64,000 nucleotides of DNA, taken from positions 32,509 through 96,508 of the forward strand of contig JBAXXL010000004.1 in NCBI GenBank assembly GCA_037127915.1, written 5' to 3'. The position numbers and the translations under genes were made by a program. Of the stretch, positions 37,603-48,100 are shown piece after piece. The first letter of the stretch is position 1; each line of letters begins with the position of its first letter. Under the pieces are notes generated by a model. It made no database searches, was not told the origin of the DNA, and saw only the letters and a program-made list of their open reading frames with translations. The DNA is from a bacterium. Lineage in GTDB: Bacteria > Bacteroidota > Ignavibacteria > Kapaibacteriales > UBA2268.

Positions 37603-40017
37603 ATGAAATTTAATATAATATATAAACTGACTTTTAGCATAGTATTTCTAATTGCTCTATTCAATGCTGTTCCGGTTCAAAGTCAATGGCAGAGAGTAAA
37701 AAATCTTCCGGTGAACTATTCTGAAAATGATGGAGCATATTACTTAGATGTATATTTTCTGCCCTATGATGCAAATTTTGGATGGGCTTGCGGGTACGCA
37801 GGCAGGATTGTTGCTACAACCGACGGCGGCAAAACCTGGAAGGGATCTAGAATAATTACATCCGATCCGTTGAATAGTCAATTTGAAAGCATACAATTTG
37901 TTAATAAAAGTGTTGGATTCTGTGTTGATGCAACTGAAAGTGCAATTTACAAAACTACCGATGGCGGGGCAAACTGGAAAAACATTTCTCCTAAACCTAA
38001 TCCGGGATTAAGATCTGCTTATTGGGGAACATATTTTTATGATGCAAATTTAGGAGTAATAATGGGCGGTGGAACTTGCAATAATGGACCAACCTTCCAT
38101 GATTACTGCAGATTTTATCGAACTACCGACGGAGGTAAAACTTGGGACCAATCAACGGCAGATCCGGTTGGCAGACCAACTAAACCCTGCGATGCTGTTA
38201 TAATGGACGCAAAGGGATCCGGATATGCAATTTCAAGCGGTTTACTTTGGGAAACAGACGATGCTCTAAATTGGAGAATTATTGACCAAACAGGTGCGCT
38301 GGATTGGCATGAAGAAATAACTTATGATAACGGTAGTTTTTTAGTGCCGGTTTCTGAATATTGCCAAGGATCAACAGGTAACAACTACGGTGGAATGCGA
38401 TTTAAAGAAGTAGGTACAAGTATCTGGAGAAGCTATAATACTGGTGTTCCAATGTTCGGTACTTGTTTATTAGGTACAAAAATTGGTTGGGCTGTAGGTC
38501 ATAATAGAGCTGTTTATTATACTTCGGATGCAGGAAAAACTTGGGAATTAAGAAACTGTGGTGTGATGGAAGGAACAGATTTAGATGATATATATTTTGC
38601 AAACGATACAACAGGTTGGCTTGTTGGAAAAGGAATATATAGATGGGCACCGGTGGATACTACAAAACCGGACTTAATACTAGAAAATCCAGTTTGTCCC
38701 GATGAAAAGGGATATATAAAAGTAAAAAATGCCGCTGATTACGAAAAATTGGATTGGTATATAAACGGGAAATTCTATACTTCATTTTATGATTCCATTG
38801 CAGTAAAACCCGGACAATATGTAACTATTGTTTATGAAGATTGGGATAAACCTAACTGCGGTCAAATAGATTCGGTTTTAATTACAGAATTTCCAAGAAG
38901 CAAACTATCTATATTAAATGCAGACAGTTTAAATTTATGCAAAAACGATTCATTGGAATTAATCTGTGAGCAGATATTTCCAAAGTATCTATGGTCAACA
39001 GGTGATACAACAAAAACAACGATGGTTCATAAAGCTGGTGTTTATACAGTTATGGTCCAAGATTCAAACGGATGTCAGTATGCCGAAAGTGCTCAAGTTA
39101 AAGACGTCGGGCTACCTTCGGCAAATATCGAGATTGTAGGCAATAACAGCATCTGCGTTAAAGATTCACTGATTTTAAAACTGCATGGTAATTATCAAGA
39201 ATGTAAATGGTATAGAGATAATAAGAATGACGAGAATTACATATCCGATAAAAATGAAATAAAAGTCGGCAAGCAAGGATATTATTTTGCTGTTATTAAT
39301 AGCAAATGGGGTTGCGAGAACACATCCGATTCAATATTTGTTGAGGTCAGGATAGATTCAAACCGCTTTGATTATCGATTTGCCGCAAGCGATTTAGTTG
39401 AGAGATTTGAAGAAAGCAAATATCCGGAATTGGTTTGCCGTGATTTGACTATATATAACATTACAAGCAACTACGAAGAGCTTTCTACGGCTTACTTCAG
39501 GAATAATATTTCATTTTCTGTTCCACCTGGGCAATTACCTTATACAATCGAACCTAATGGGAAATATAATCTGCGAGTATGCTACACATCTTATAATTTA
39601 CCACGTGAACGAGATACGCTGTTAATATTTGACCGTTGTAGGAACCACACAGTACCAATGGTAGCCGAAGTAACAGCAGACCCGAATACCGGGCAATCAA
39701 ATTGCGATATATTTATTGAAACAACCCCGAAAGATATAGATAAAAGCTTTGTTGCTTTTTTCGATAGACCGTATCCTAATCCTGCTTTTGAAGATATATA
39801 TATAGATGTAATCGGCAAAATCCAAGAAGTAATCGATGCTGATATTTCAATTTACGACTTTATGGGCAACAAAATATCTTTCGAGAAAAATATATTCAGT
39901 ACCAATACTCAGAGTACAACTATTAAATTATCAGTTAAAGCAAGTAATGGTACATATTTTGTGAAAATTGTACAGGGTACTCAAATAGTTGTTTATCCGA
40001 TAGTAATTCTTAAATAA
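37603..40017 (+). CDS. YCF48/BNR beta-propeller protein with Ig-like repeats and T9SS CTD
   Basis: Repeated T.DGG.TW boxes, Y.WSTG.TT Ig repeat, PYPNPA...GTYFVKI. Confidence 0.85.
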   Translation: MKFNIIYKLTFSIVFLIALFNAVPVQSQWQRVKNLPVNYSENDGAYYLDVYFLPYDANFGWACGYAGRIVATTDGGKTWKGSRIITSDPLNSQFESIQFVNKSVGFCVDATESAIYKTTDGGANWKNISPKPNPGLRSAYWGTYFYDANLGVIMGGGTCNNGPTFHDYCRFYRTTDGGKTWDQSTADPVGRPTKPCDAVIMDAKGSGYAISSGLLWETDDALNWRIIDQTGALDWHEEITYDNGSFLVPVSEYCQGSTGNNYGGMRFKEVGTSIWRSYNTGVPMFGTCLLGTKIGWAVGHNRAVYYTSDAGKTWELRNCGVMEGTDLDDIYFANDTTGWLVGKGIYRWAPVDTTKPDLILENPVCPDEKGYIKVKNAADYEKLDWYINGKFYTSFYDSIAVKPGQYVTIVYEDWDKPNCGQIDSVLITEFPRSKLSILNADSLNLCKNDSLELICEQIFPKYLWSTGDTTKTTMVHKAGVYTVMVQDSNGCQYAESAQVKDVGLPSANIEIVGNNSICVKDSLILKLHGNYQECKWYRDNKNDENYISDKNEIKVGKQGYYFAVINSKWGCENTSDSIFVEVRIDSNRFDYRFAASDLVERFEESKYPELVCRDLTIYNITSNYEELSTAYFRNNISFSVPPGQLPYTIEPNGKYNLRVCYTSYNLPRERDTLLIFDRCRNHTVPMVAEVTADPNTGQSNCDIFIETTPKDIDKSFVAFFDRPYPNPAFEDIYIDVIGKIQEVIDADISIYDFMGNKISFEKNIFSTNTQSTTIKLSVKASNGTYFVKIVQGTQIVVYPIVILK

Positions 40018-40029
40018 TCGGTAGTTTTT

Positions 40030-40494
40030 ATGGGTTTATTTACTTCGAGAATGGCAAAACTTAATAATAATTCTGTGGATAGTGATGAGTTTATTGGTGA
40101 ATTTAATTGGGAAAATTGGAAGCAAATCACCGGCTGGTCGGATAGTGATGGCATAGCTTATATTCCCGATGAAACAATTTTAGAAAAATTAAAAGTTAAA
40201 TTAAAAAAACAGAACATTCGATTTGTATTTTTTGTTGCCGAGTGGTGCGGGGATTCGCATTATGCCGCACCTATGGTAATTAAATTATTGAAATTATGTG
40301 ATATTACGGACAATCGGCTTAAGCTGATAGGGGTGAGCCGCGATAAAATGTCACCCAATATTGCATTTCAAAATAATATAGATAGTATTCCTACATTAAT
40401 TGTTCAATATGATGATTATGAATTCGGCAGAATAGATGAGTATCCTGCCGTTTCTTGGGAATATGATATACTAAAAATAGTTGCGGATTTTTAA
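40030..40494 (+). CDS. Thioredoxin-family protein (WCGDS)
   Basis: AEWCGDS, cis-Pro motif SIPT, GRI.EYP. Confidence 0.85.
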   Translation: MGLFTSRMAKLNNNSVDSDEFIGEFNWENWKQITGWSDSDGIAYIPDETILEKLKVKLKKQNIRFVFFVAEWCGDSHYAAPMVIKLLKLCDITDNRLKLIGVSRDKMSPNIAFQNNIDSIPTLIVQYDDYEFGRIDEYPAVSWEYDILKIVADF

Positions 40495-42035
40495 TCGACT
40501 AAGTAGTGGCATCCTGATTTATGGACTTTACTTTGGCTTGCCGCTAGTGTTATAGCTATTGCGGATTGAACACCATTTCTAAGTTCGACTGTTTCCTTAG
40601 TTAACATAGCTTTCTTATAAAACTCCACAATTTCGTTCTGCAAATTTCTTAAAGTATGATTTGCACGGTCTAATCGTGCTGTCGTTCGTACCAACCCTAC
40701 GTAATTCCACATAGTATATTTAATCCGCATCCAATCTTGAGCAATCAATGCAGGGTCAACGTGTTCATCGGATTTTATCCAAGGATAAATTTCAGGGAAA
40801 TATTGGGATTCTTCATTGAGTTTTGCGGCATCTTTTCCGGCTAAATGTCCCCAAACAACTCCTTCTAAAAGGGAAGTGGAAGCCAAGCGGTTTGCCCCGT
40901 GCAATCCTGTACAGGATACTTCGCCAATTGCATATAATCGGCGGAGGGAAGTTCTACCGTTTAGATTTACACCGACGCCGCCGCATGAATAATGTGCGGC
41001 TGGAACGACAGGGATCGGTTCAGTTGTAATGTCTATACCACTTTGAAGACAATGCCCATAAATAGTCGGAAAACGTGATTTGAGCCATTCTGAAGGTTTA
41101 TGTGAGATGTCTAAATAAACGTAGGGATGCCCCGAATTGAGCATACTTTGGTAAATACCACGAGAAACAATATCACGTGGCGCCAAATCACCTTGCGGGT
41201 GAAAATCTTTCATAAAAGGGTAGCCTTTATGGTCTAACAATTTTCCACCTTCGCCGCGAACAGATTCTGAAATTAAAAATCTATCATTAGCATTATAAAA
41301 TGCGGTAGGATGAAATTGTATATACTGCAAATTAAAACATCTAGCTCCTGCTCTCCAAGCGATAGATAATCCATCGCCTGTTGCATCTGCCGGATTAGTT
41401 GTGTGTATATAGACTTGTCCCAAACCACCGGCCGCTAAAATAGTATTTCCGGCAAAGAGTGGAAAAATTTCTTCAGTGTCAAGCGAAAGAACCCAGCTTC
41501 CGAAGCAGGCGGGATTCTTATATATATCGAGAGTATTTGTTGAATCATGCGAAAGTGTTAGCAAATCCACAGCCATGTGTCTGGTCATAACCTTTATATT
41601 CGGATGTTTTTCGACTTCCTCAACCAAAGATTCCATGATAGATTTACCGGTTTTATCCTTGCAATGAATTATCCGGGCTTGGTTGTGAGCACCCTCGGCG
41701 GTTAAATCCAATTCACCTTCATCGGTATAGTCAAATTCGGTGTGGCATCGCTCTAATAAATATTTATCAACTAATTCAGCACCCATTTCGCCAAGTTGAA
41801 CAACTGCGGATTCTTCACAATGTCCGTCCCCGGCAACCATAATATCGTTAATTAGCTCACGGGCTGAGTCGTGACGGCCTTTATAAATAATGCCACCTTG
41901 AGCGTGCGGTGAGTTTCCGCTTATTAAACTATCAGCTTTGGTTATTATCGTTACTTCACAGCCCTCGTCAGCGGCTGAAAGTGCTGCAATACAACCGGCA
42001 ATACCGGAACCTATAACTAAAATATCTGTTTTCAT
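40491..42035 (-). CDS. nadB: L-aspartate oxidase
   Basis: VIGSGIAG, AQGGI, EGAH, QFHPT, LISESVRGEG, LAPRDIV, AHYSCGG, GLHGANRLAS.SLLE. Confidence 0.95.
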   Translation of the reverse strand: MKTDILVIGSGIAGCIAALSAADEGCEVTIITKADSLISGNSPHAQGGIIYKGRHDSARELINDIMVAGDGHCEESAVVQLGEMGAELVDKYLLERCHTEFDYTDEGELDLTAEGAHNQARIIHCKDKTGKSIMESLVEEVEKHPNIKVMTRHMAVDLLTLSHDSTNTLDIYKNPACFGSWVLSLDTEEIFPLFAGNTILAAGGLGQVYIHTTNPADATGDGLSIAWRAGARCFNLQYIQFHPTAFYNANDRFLISESVRGEGGKLLDHKGYPFMKDFHPQGDLAPRDIVSRGIYQSMLNSGHPYVYLDISHKPSEWLKSRFPTIYGHCLQSGIDITTEPIPVVPAAHYSCGGVGVNLNGRTSLRRLYAIGEVSCTGLHGANRLASTSLLEGVVWGHLAGKDAAKLNEESQYFPEIYPWIKSDEHVDPALIAQDWMRIKYTMWNYVGLVRTTARLDRANHTLRNLQNEIVEFYKKAMLTKETVELRNGVQSAIAITLAASQSKVHKSGCHYLVD

Positions 42036-42162
42036 TATTTTCTATTTTGTAAATTTTCTGAATTCAAACTTAAGAAAAAACGTTATATAATGTTCAATAT
42101 TATAAAATTCCTCAATATTTTAGTAAATTTGTATATTATATATTACAAAAAATGGTAAAGTC

Positions 42163-43038
42163 ATGATAAAAAGTATGACAGGTTTCGCAAAAGCAGAAAC
42201 CACAGAAAATGGATTAACAGTAAATATCGAAATAAAAAGCCTTAACGGTAGATTTTTGGAAATCAATTGCAAAATGCCTCGCAATCTAAATCATCGTGAA
42301 AGAGAACTTCGTGAATTAGTTCGTCAATATATGGATCGCGGTACGGTCAGCGTATTTGTGAATGTTGATAATAGCGACGGGTCTAAAAAAATGGTGTTCA
42401 ATGAGAATGCGGCAATTTTATGCTTCGAATCTTTGAACAATCTTCGCGAAAAGTTAAAAATACGTGAAACTGTTAAATTAGAACACGTTCTAAAATTATC
42501 CGATAATTTTATAGTACAAGAAGTTAATGATGATGAAAAACAACTTATGTACTTAATCAACAAAGGAATGCGCAATGCGTTGAAATCTTTGGACGAAATG
42601 CGTATGAAAGAAGGTCAGCAAATCGCGAAAGATATCAAAATGCGTATGGGCGAAATCGAAATTCTTATGAATCAAGTTGAAGAAATTTCATTGAACCGTG
42701 TACCGGACGAAAGACAAAGATTGCGCGAACGTATTGCTATGCTGTTCGAAAGCGATGAAATTGATGAGCAAAGATTACAGACCGAAATGGTATTGCTTGC
42801 CGATAAATTAGATGTTACCGAAGAAGTTACACGTATGAGATCTCATGTTATATTCTTCAATGAAATCTTCCGTGGCAAAGAATCTTCAGGTAGAAAATTG
42901 AATTTCCTTTTGCAAGAAATGAATAGAGAAGTCAATACCGTCGGTTCAAAAATTATGGATGCTAACGCTGCAAAAATCGTTGTTGCGATAAAAGAAGAAT
43001 TAGAAAAAATCCGCGAACAAATTCAAAATATAGAGTAA
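42163..43038 (+). CDS. yicC: YicC/YloC family endoribonuclease
   Basis: MIKSMTGF, GRKLNFLLQEMNREVNTVGSK, EKIREQIQNIE. Confidence 0.95.
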   Translation: MIKSMTGFAKAETTENGLTVNIEIKSLNGRFLEINCKMPRNLNHRERELRELVRQYMDRGTVSVFVNVDNSDGSKKMVFNENAAILCFESLNNLREKLKIRETVKLEHVLKLSDNFIVQEVNDDEKQLMYLINKGMRNALKSLDEMRMKEGQQIAKDIKMRMGEIEILMNQVEEISLNRVPDERQRLRERIAMLFESDEIDEQRLQTEMVLLADKLDVTEEVTRMRSHVIFFNEIFRGKESSGRKLNFLLQEMNREVNTVGSKIMDANAAKIVVAIKEELEKIREQIQNIE

Positions 43039-43071
43039 AATCATTAATAAATAAATCTACGGAGTAAATTT

Positions 43072-44136
43072 ATGAATAACTTACTGAAATCCGATAAAAA
43101 CGATATGTTTTCGATTCTAAAAGATTATCCGAACGATATCCAAAAAGCCCGGAAAATGTATGATAATCCTGAAATAGGCGATATCAAAGATTTTCAAAGT
43201 ATAGTAATTTGCGGTATGGGCGGTTCGGCTATAGCCGGCGAAATAGTCGGTTCGCTAATTAATTATCATACAGAAGGTACGCCAAATCAGCCAACGGTGT
43301 TTATAAACCGTGAATATACATTACCTCACTTTGTAAATGAAAATACGTTGGTGATTTTAAGCTCATATTCGGGTAATACAGAAGAAACATTATTTTCAGC
43401 TTTAGAAGCGGTCCAATTAACGAAAAAAATAATTGTCATCACAACCGGTGGTGAACTGGGAAATTTTGCGCAAAAGAATAATTTACCTGTAATTGAATTG
43501 CCTGTTGGATTCCAACCGCGCTGTGCTTTGGTTTATGCTTTGATTGCGTTATTAAATATAATAGCCAAATTGGGTATTTCAATTCAAAAAGCGGGTTTGG
43601 ATAAATATTTGGATAAAATAGAAAAGAACGCCACGGAAAAAATGGCTGTTTATTCAGATATAAATGATGATAATATAGCTCTTCAAATCGCTCGCAAGCT
43701 TCAAAACAAAATCCCGGTTATATACTCCGAAGGCAAATACTTGGGCGCAATTTCTCTGCGCTGGCGTCAGCAAATTCACGAAAACGCTAAGCAAATCTGC
43801 TTCGGAAATACGCTACCCGAAATGAACCATAACGAGATTAACAGCTGGAATTTTCCTAAGCAGTTAATCGCGCAAAGCCAAGTAGTTTTTCTACGCGACG
43901 AGCATATAGAAAACAAACGGATGGGACTGCGATTTACAGCTTTCACTAAAATTTTGAATGATGAACATATTGAACTGATTCAAATTTCTCCCGAAGGCGA
44001 TTCGCTATTAGAGCGTCTATTCGATTTGATCTATCTTGGCGATTGGGTAAGCTATTACTTAGCAATGCTCAACGAAACCGACCCGACGGATATTCCTTTT
44101 ATCCTGTATTTAAAGGATTATTTGGGAAAGAATTAA
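43072..44136 (+). CDS. Bifunctional phosphoglucose/phosphomannose isomerase
   Basis: GMGGSAIAG, SYSGNTEET, QPR, ENAK, PEMNHNE, GDWVSYYLA. Confidence 0.93.
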   Translation: MNNLLKSDKNDMFSILKDYPNDIQKARKMYDNPEIGDIKDFQSIVICGMGGSAIAGEIVGSLINYHTEGTPNQPTVFINREYTLPHFVNENTLVILSSYSGNTEETLFSALEAVQLTKKIIVITTGGELGNFAQKNNLPVIELPVGFQPRCALVYALIALLNIIAKLGISIQKAGLDKYLDKIEKNATEKMAVYSDINDDNIALQIARKLQNKIPVIYSEGKYLGAISLRWRQQIHENAKQICFGNTLPEMNHNEINSWNFPKQLIAQSQVVFLRDEHIENKRMGLRFTAFTKILNDEHIELIQISPEGDSLLERLFDLIYLGDWVSYYLAMLNETDPTDIPFILYLKDYLGKN

Positions 44137-44901
44137 TACGGCCTATTTATCGTTCCCAAGCTCCTGCTTGGGAACGGCTTGGCCAATAATTGAATATCTA
44201 AACCTTCAGAAGGGATGGAACCGCAGACCTGAAAACGTTTGTAGAAAAAATAATGGACCGAAAGATTTTTGACCAGGGAAAAACTCACAGACTTATTAGA
44301 AACAAAACTGCTACGTTCAGAGCAGTTTTATCCAAGTTCTTGCGCAAATCACTTATTATGTGTTTTATAAATATCATTTTTTTGGTTTATAGATATGATT
44401 GATTTAGAAGAATCCACACCCCAATTGTATAGTGATGTTTGCCAAATTATTGATGGTACCCGCACTCGTATTGCAACCACTCTTAATGCCGAAATTTGTA
44501 TGCTTCACTGGCATATTGGCAAACGCATTAAAGAAGATGTGCTGTATAACAAACGGGCGGAATATGGCAAAGAAATTTTAAAAAACTTATCTGTTTTGCT
44601 TACCTAAAAGTATGGCAAGGGTTGGGGTTACGAAAAACTCAAACATTGTGTACGCAGTGCGTACCTTTTTACGGAAGAACAGATTGTGTACGCAGTGCGT
44701 ACACAATTGACTTGGACACATCTTCGGTCGCTTATGGGTGTCGACGACGAACTGAAACGCTCGTTTTACTTCGAAATGGCTCGTTTGGAACACTGGGATA
44801 CCCGCACGCTTGATAAAAAAATTGATGCAATGCTCTATGAAACCGACCCAACAGATATTCCTTTTATTCTGTACTTGAAGGATTATTTGGGAAAGAATTA
44901 G
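44062..44901 (+). repeat. 75-bp imperfect direct repeat of the pgi/pmi 3' end (44062-44136 and 44827-44901)
   Basis: 67/75 nt identical; both copies encode AML(N/Y)ETDPTDIPFILYLKDYLGKN*. Confidence 0.93.
44395..44901 (+). pseudogene. DUF1016/YhcG N-terminal relic with an in-frame stop, fused to the displaced pgi/pmi tail
   Basis: W.IGKRI...RAEYGKEIL..LS..LT*KYGKGW...QLTWTHLRSL...R.FY...W..RTL..KI; the nuclease domain is absent. Confidence 0.88.
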
Positions 44902-44907
44902 GAACAG

Positions 44908-45126
44908 TAAACCTTCGGAAGGTTTCGAACCTTCCGAAGGTTGCGAAAATAAAACAGGGATAGACCAAAAATCTATCCCTGTTTTATTAGCTCTGAATGA
45001 GCTGAATCTCAATAACCGCGGGTGAAACCCGTGGTAGAACTGCTCGTGGCATTTGTACAGATTTAGAAATTCCAACGAGTCATATAAAACATATGTCCAG
45101 CACCTTGGAGTTGTTGGACATATGTT
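44908..45126. repeat. REP-like palindromes and a terminator-like inverted repeat
   Basis: AACCTTCGGAAGGTTTCGAACCTTCCGAAGGTT; AATAAAACAGGGATAGA...TCTATCCCTGTTTTATT; CCGCGGGTGAAACCCGTGG; AACATATGTCCA...TGGACATATGTT. Confidence 0.7.
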
Positions 45127-45150
45127 GTGATAGAAATTCATAACAATTAC

Positions 45151-48100
45151 TTAATCCTTAATACATCGAACCGAATTACCATCTTTTTTATTAGCTCCAC
45201 CACTGCTAGCTACTCCATTTTGATTATAGTTTAAACTTCTTGCATTTCCATTTGTAGCATTGAGTTCAGTAGCTGACCACCAGGAACCGAAATAACCAAT
45301 TAGGTCAAATTTACCATCATAAATACGGTAACCGCCTGGTAGTCCTGTAAAACCACTTGTATTTGTTGCTCCAGTATTTGGACTTTTCCAATGTGAATTG
45401 CCACTTTCTTTCATTTTCCCTCCAGCAGCATTATCACCACCTAAGAAATTAGATAAATTATTAAATTCTGAATTTGTAGGTATATGCCAGCCCATTGGGG
45501 CCAAACCACGTGGATCGATTACTGCATACCAATTATAAAGTTTTCCATAAGTTGTAGCATTATTTGGATCGTTATTATAATAACACCACGCACCCGTTGT
45601 TAAATTTGCCCACGCTGTGGGATCTGTTACTTGCGGTATTGGGTCGCCATTGCGGTAAGTTGAAACATCAAGATTTTTCTTCATCCATTCCTGTGCACCA
45701 ATTACTACTGATTCGTAGTTTGGTATTATTGAGGAATTCTCATTATATAATGCACTAATTTCTGAATCAGATAATGCATTATTATAAATACGAATATCAT
45801 CCATTAATCCATTATACCAAACTCCTGCACTAGGATTAGCAGCATATCCAAAATATAGACTACCAGAATTGTTTGTTTGAGAACCTTGATAATTATTTAA
45901 AATATATTTTTTATTGTCAATGTATAATGATGAATTATTGCCATCCCAGACCCAAGCAATATGATACCATTTTTTAGAATTCAAAGTAGCTAGCTTTGGT
46001 TTAGAAACATTATTCGTAGTGTTTATTACTAAATTCCACCCATCGGTTTTATGTGTGGCAATACCATAAATAGGTGATTTAATCTTGTCACCTTTAAAAA
46101 GGAAAGGTGCCCATTCACCACCCCACCAATTATTAATATTTACCCAGAACGACATTGTGAAAGCTGATGTTAATTGTAGTGAACTTGAATTTTTTATTTC
46201 AATGTTATTCGTTACCCCATTAAAACTATATGCCTTATTATCCTGTCCAAACCGGTCTTTCACTAATGATGCTCCGTTAACTATCCCATTTTGCCCATTT
46301 CCACTTTCATCGTTTGCATTGCCATTAAAAGGATAATAAGCTACTAGCCCTTGTGTAGGGATTTGGTTGTTAGTAACCGTGAAATCTTTTGTAATTGTTG
46401 TTTGATTAAAGTTTCCATCACCAGCAGCAATATAAAATCTTAAAACGGTTCCAACGGGATATTTTGAGGTATTTACTAAGATTTCTCTTGTAATATCCTT
46501 TTGAGCATTTGATAAAGTTTCTTTAGCAATAGTTTCGTTCTTTTTTGTTGTCTGATTCTCAACAGAGATTTTCCAAAATTGAATAGAGCTATCATCTGTT
46601 AAATGAATTTTCGCTGTAACATTACTTCCTTGAGGAATTGTTGTTTCTGTTGGTGCAGTTAATTCAACTGTTGGTTTTGTAATATCATTTGGACTATTAG
46701 TTACTTCAATATTAATTGTTTCATCAGTACGGTTTCCATATTCATCATAAACAGTCAATCGTAATTTATGATAGCCTAAAATCTTATTTGCCATCCAATT
46801 AAATTGTATATCTTTAGTTTTAATATTCTGGTCTAATAAATCCTCTGTCTGGTATGGTTTAGTATTATTATCGTTATCAACATATAAATGAGCTTTACTC
46901 AATTTTAGGTTATCAGATAAAGTTGTTGATATATTTACGTAATTTAAAGGTGCAACCTTGTTATTATTTGGAACAATGGAATTGATTTTTATTATGGGTT
47001 TTTCTAAATCTTTTGTTACGTCTGGTAAAACAAAGAAGGTAGAATACTCATTAATCCACCAGAGATCAAAGTAAATACCTAAGAAATCCAATGAATTACA
47101 CAATGCAGTTGAAAATGCAACAATTCTATTTATTACTTCTTCTGAAATTGAAATACTAAATACTTTTGCAATTACTTCTATTAACTCTTTATCGGTAGTG
47201 ATTAATTTAGCTGTTTCTAAGCAAGCACCTGGTATATCATTTTTTGCTAATTTCTCCTGAATTTCAGATTTTGCAAGTATTCTATTTGAATTAGTATAAA
47301 TAAAATCTATAATTTCCTGGTACAATTCCATATTTTTTGGGTCTAACTTACCAAAATATCCTGATATTATACAATCAATAGCGGGCATAGCCATAGATGC
47401 AACCGTTCTAAAGTAAGGGTCTAAATAAAAATTATCATTATGATCATATCCAATGATGTTATATCCAAATGCAGGTCCACATGCCTCTATTGTAAATCCA
47501 TTACTTATTTTAATATTAAGTATTTTAGGATTTTCAAATTGTTCATCTAATAAGGATCCTAATAATGAGGAATTGGCTTTTAATGGTCCTACTTGGAAAA
47601 CTTCCCCAGGCAATGCATTAGTTCTTATATTAATATGTCTTTTCCTATTGTTAGTTATTTTCACTTGAACAAAACCATCCTGATTACTATTAGCTTCGAC
47701 TTTTATACCTGATTCTTCAATTGGCAATACTTTTAAGTCATTTAACAGTACGTCAAAATTCTTATTAATTTTATTTATTTTTCTCAATATTTCAGGTTTT
47801 TTTCCTGTAATAAATTCATAAACTTTGCTTACTGCCATTTCTAAAACTGGTTTTAGTGTATCGTCCATTGTATTAGTATATGATAGTCCTTCATTTTGAA
47901 ATTGTTCAATTCTATTTGCAATCCATGATGTTTCACCTAAATTATTAATAAAGTCAACAACATTATCTTTCATACTATCTAAAGATACACCTGCCATCAT
48001 AGTGTTTAAGAAAATTATTACAGATGCAGTAGATTTGGAGTTAATATTACAGACTAAATCGGTTGTTTTAATTATGGAAGCACCAATAGCACTATCTTGT

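Noticed and set aside
44605-44607. Stop-codon recoding to explain in-frame stops
   Set aside because: TAA, TAG and TGA all terminate core genes normally; in-frame stops occur only in truncated relics.
44587-45141. 184-aa minus-strand ORF
   Set aside because: It is antisense to the DUF1016 relic and runs through REP palindromes.
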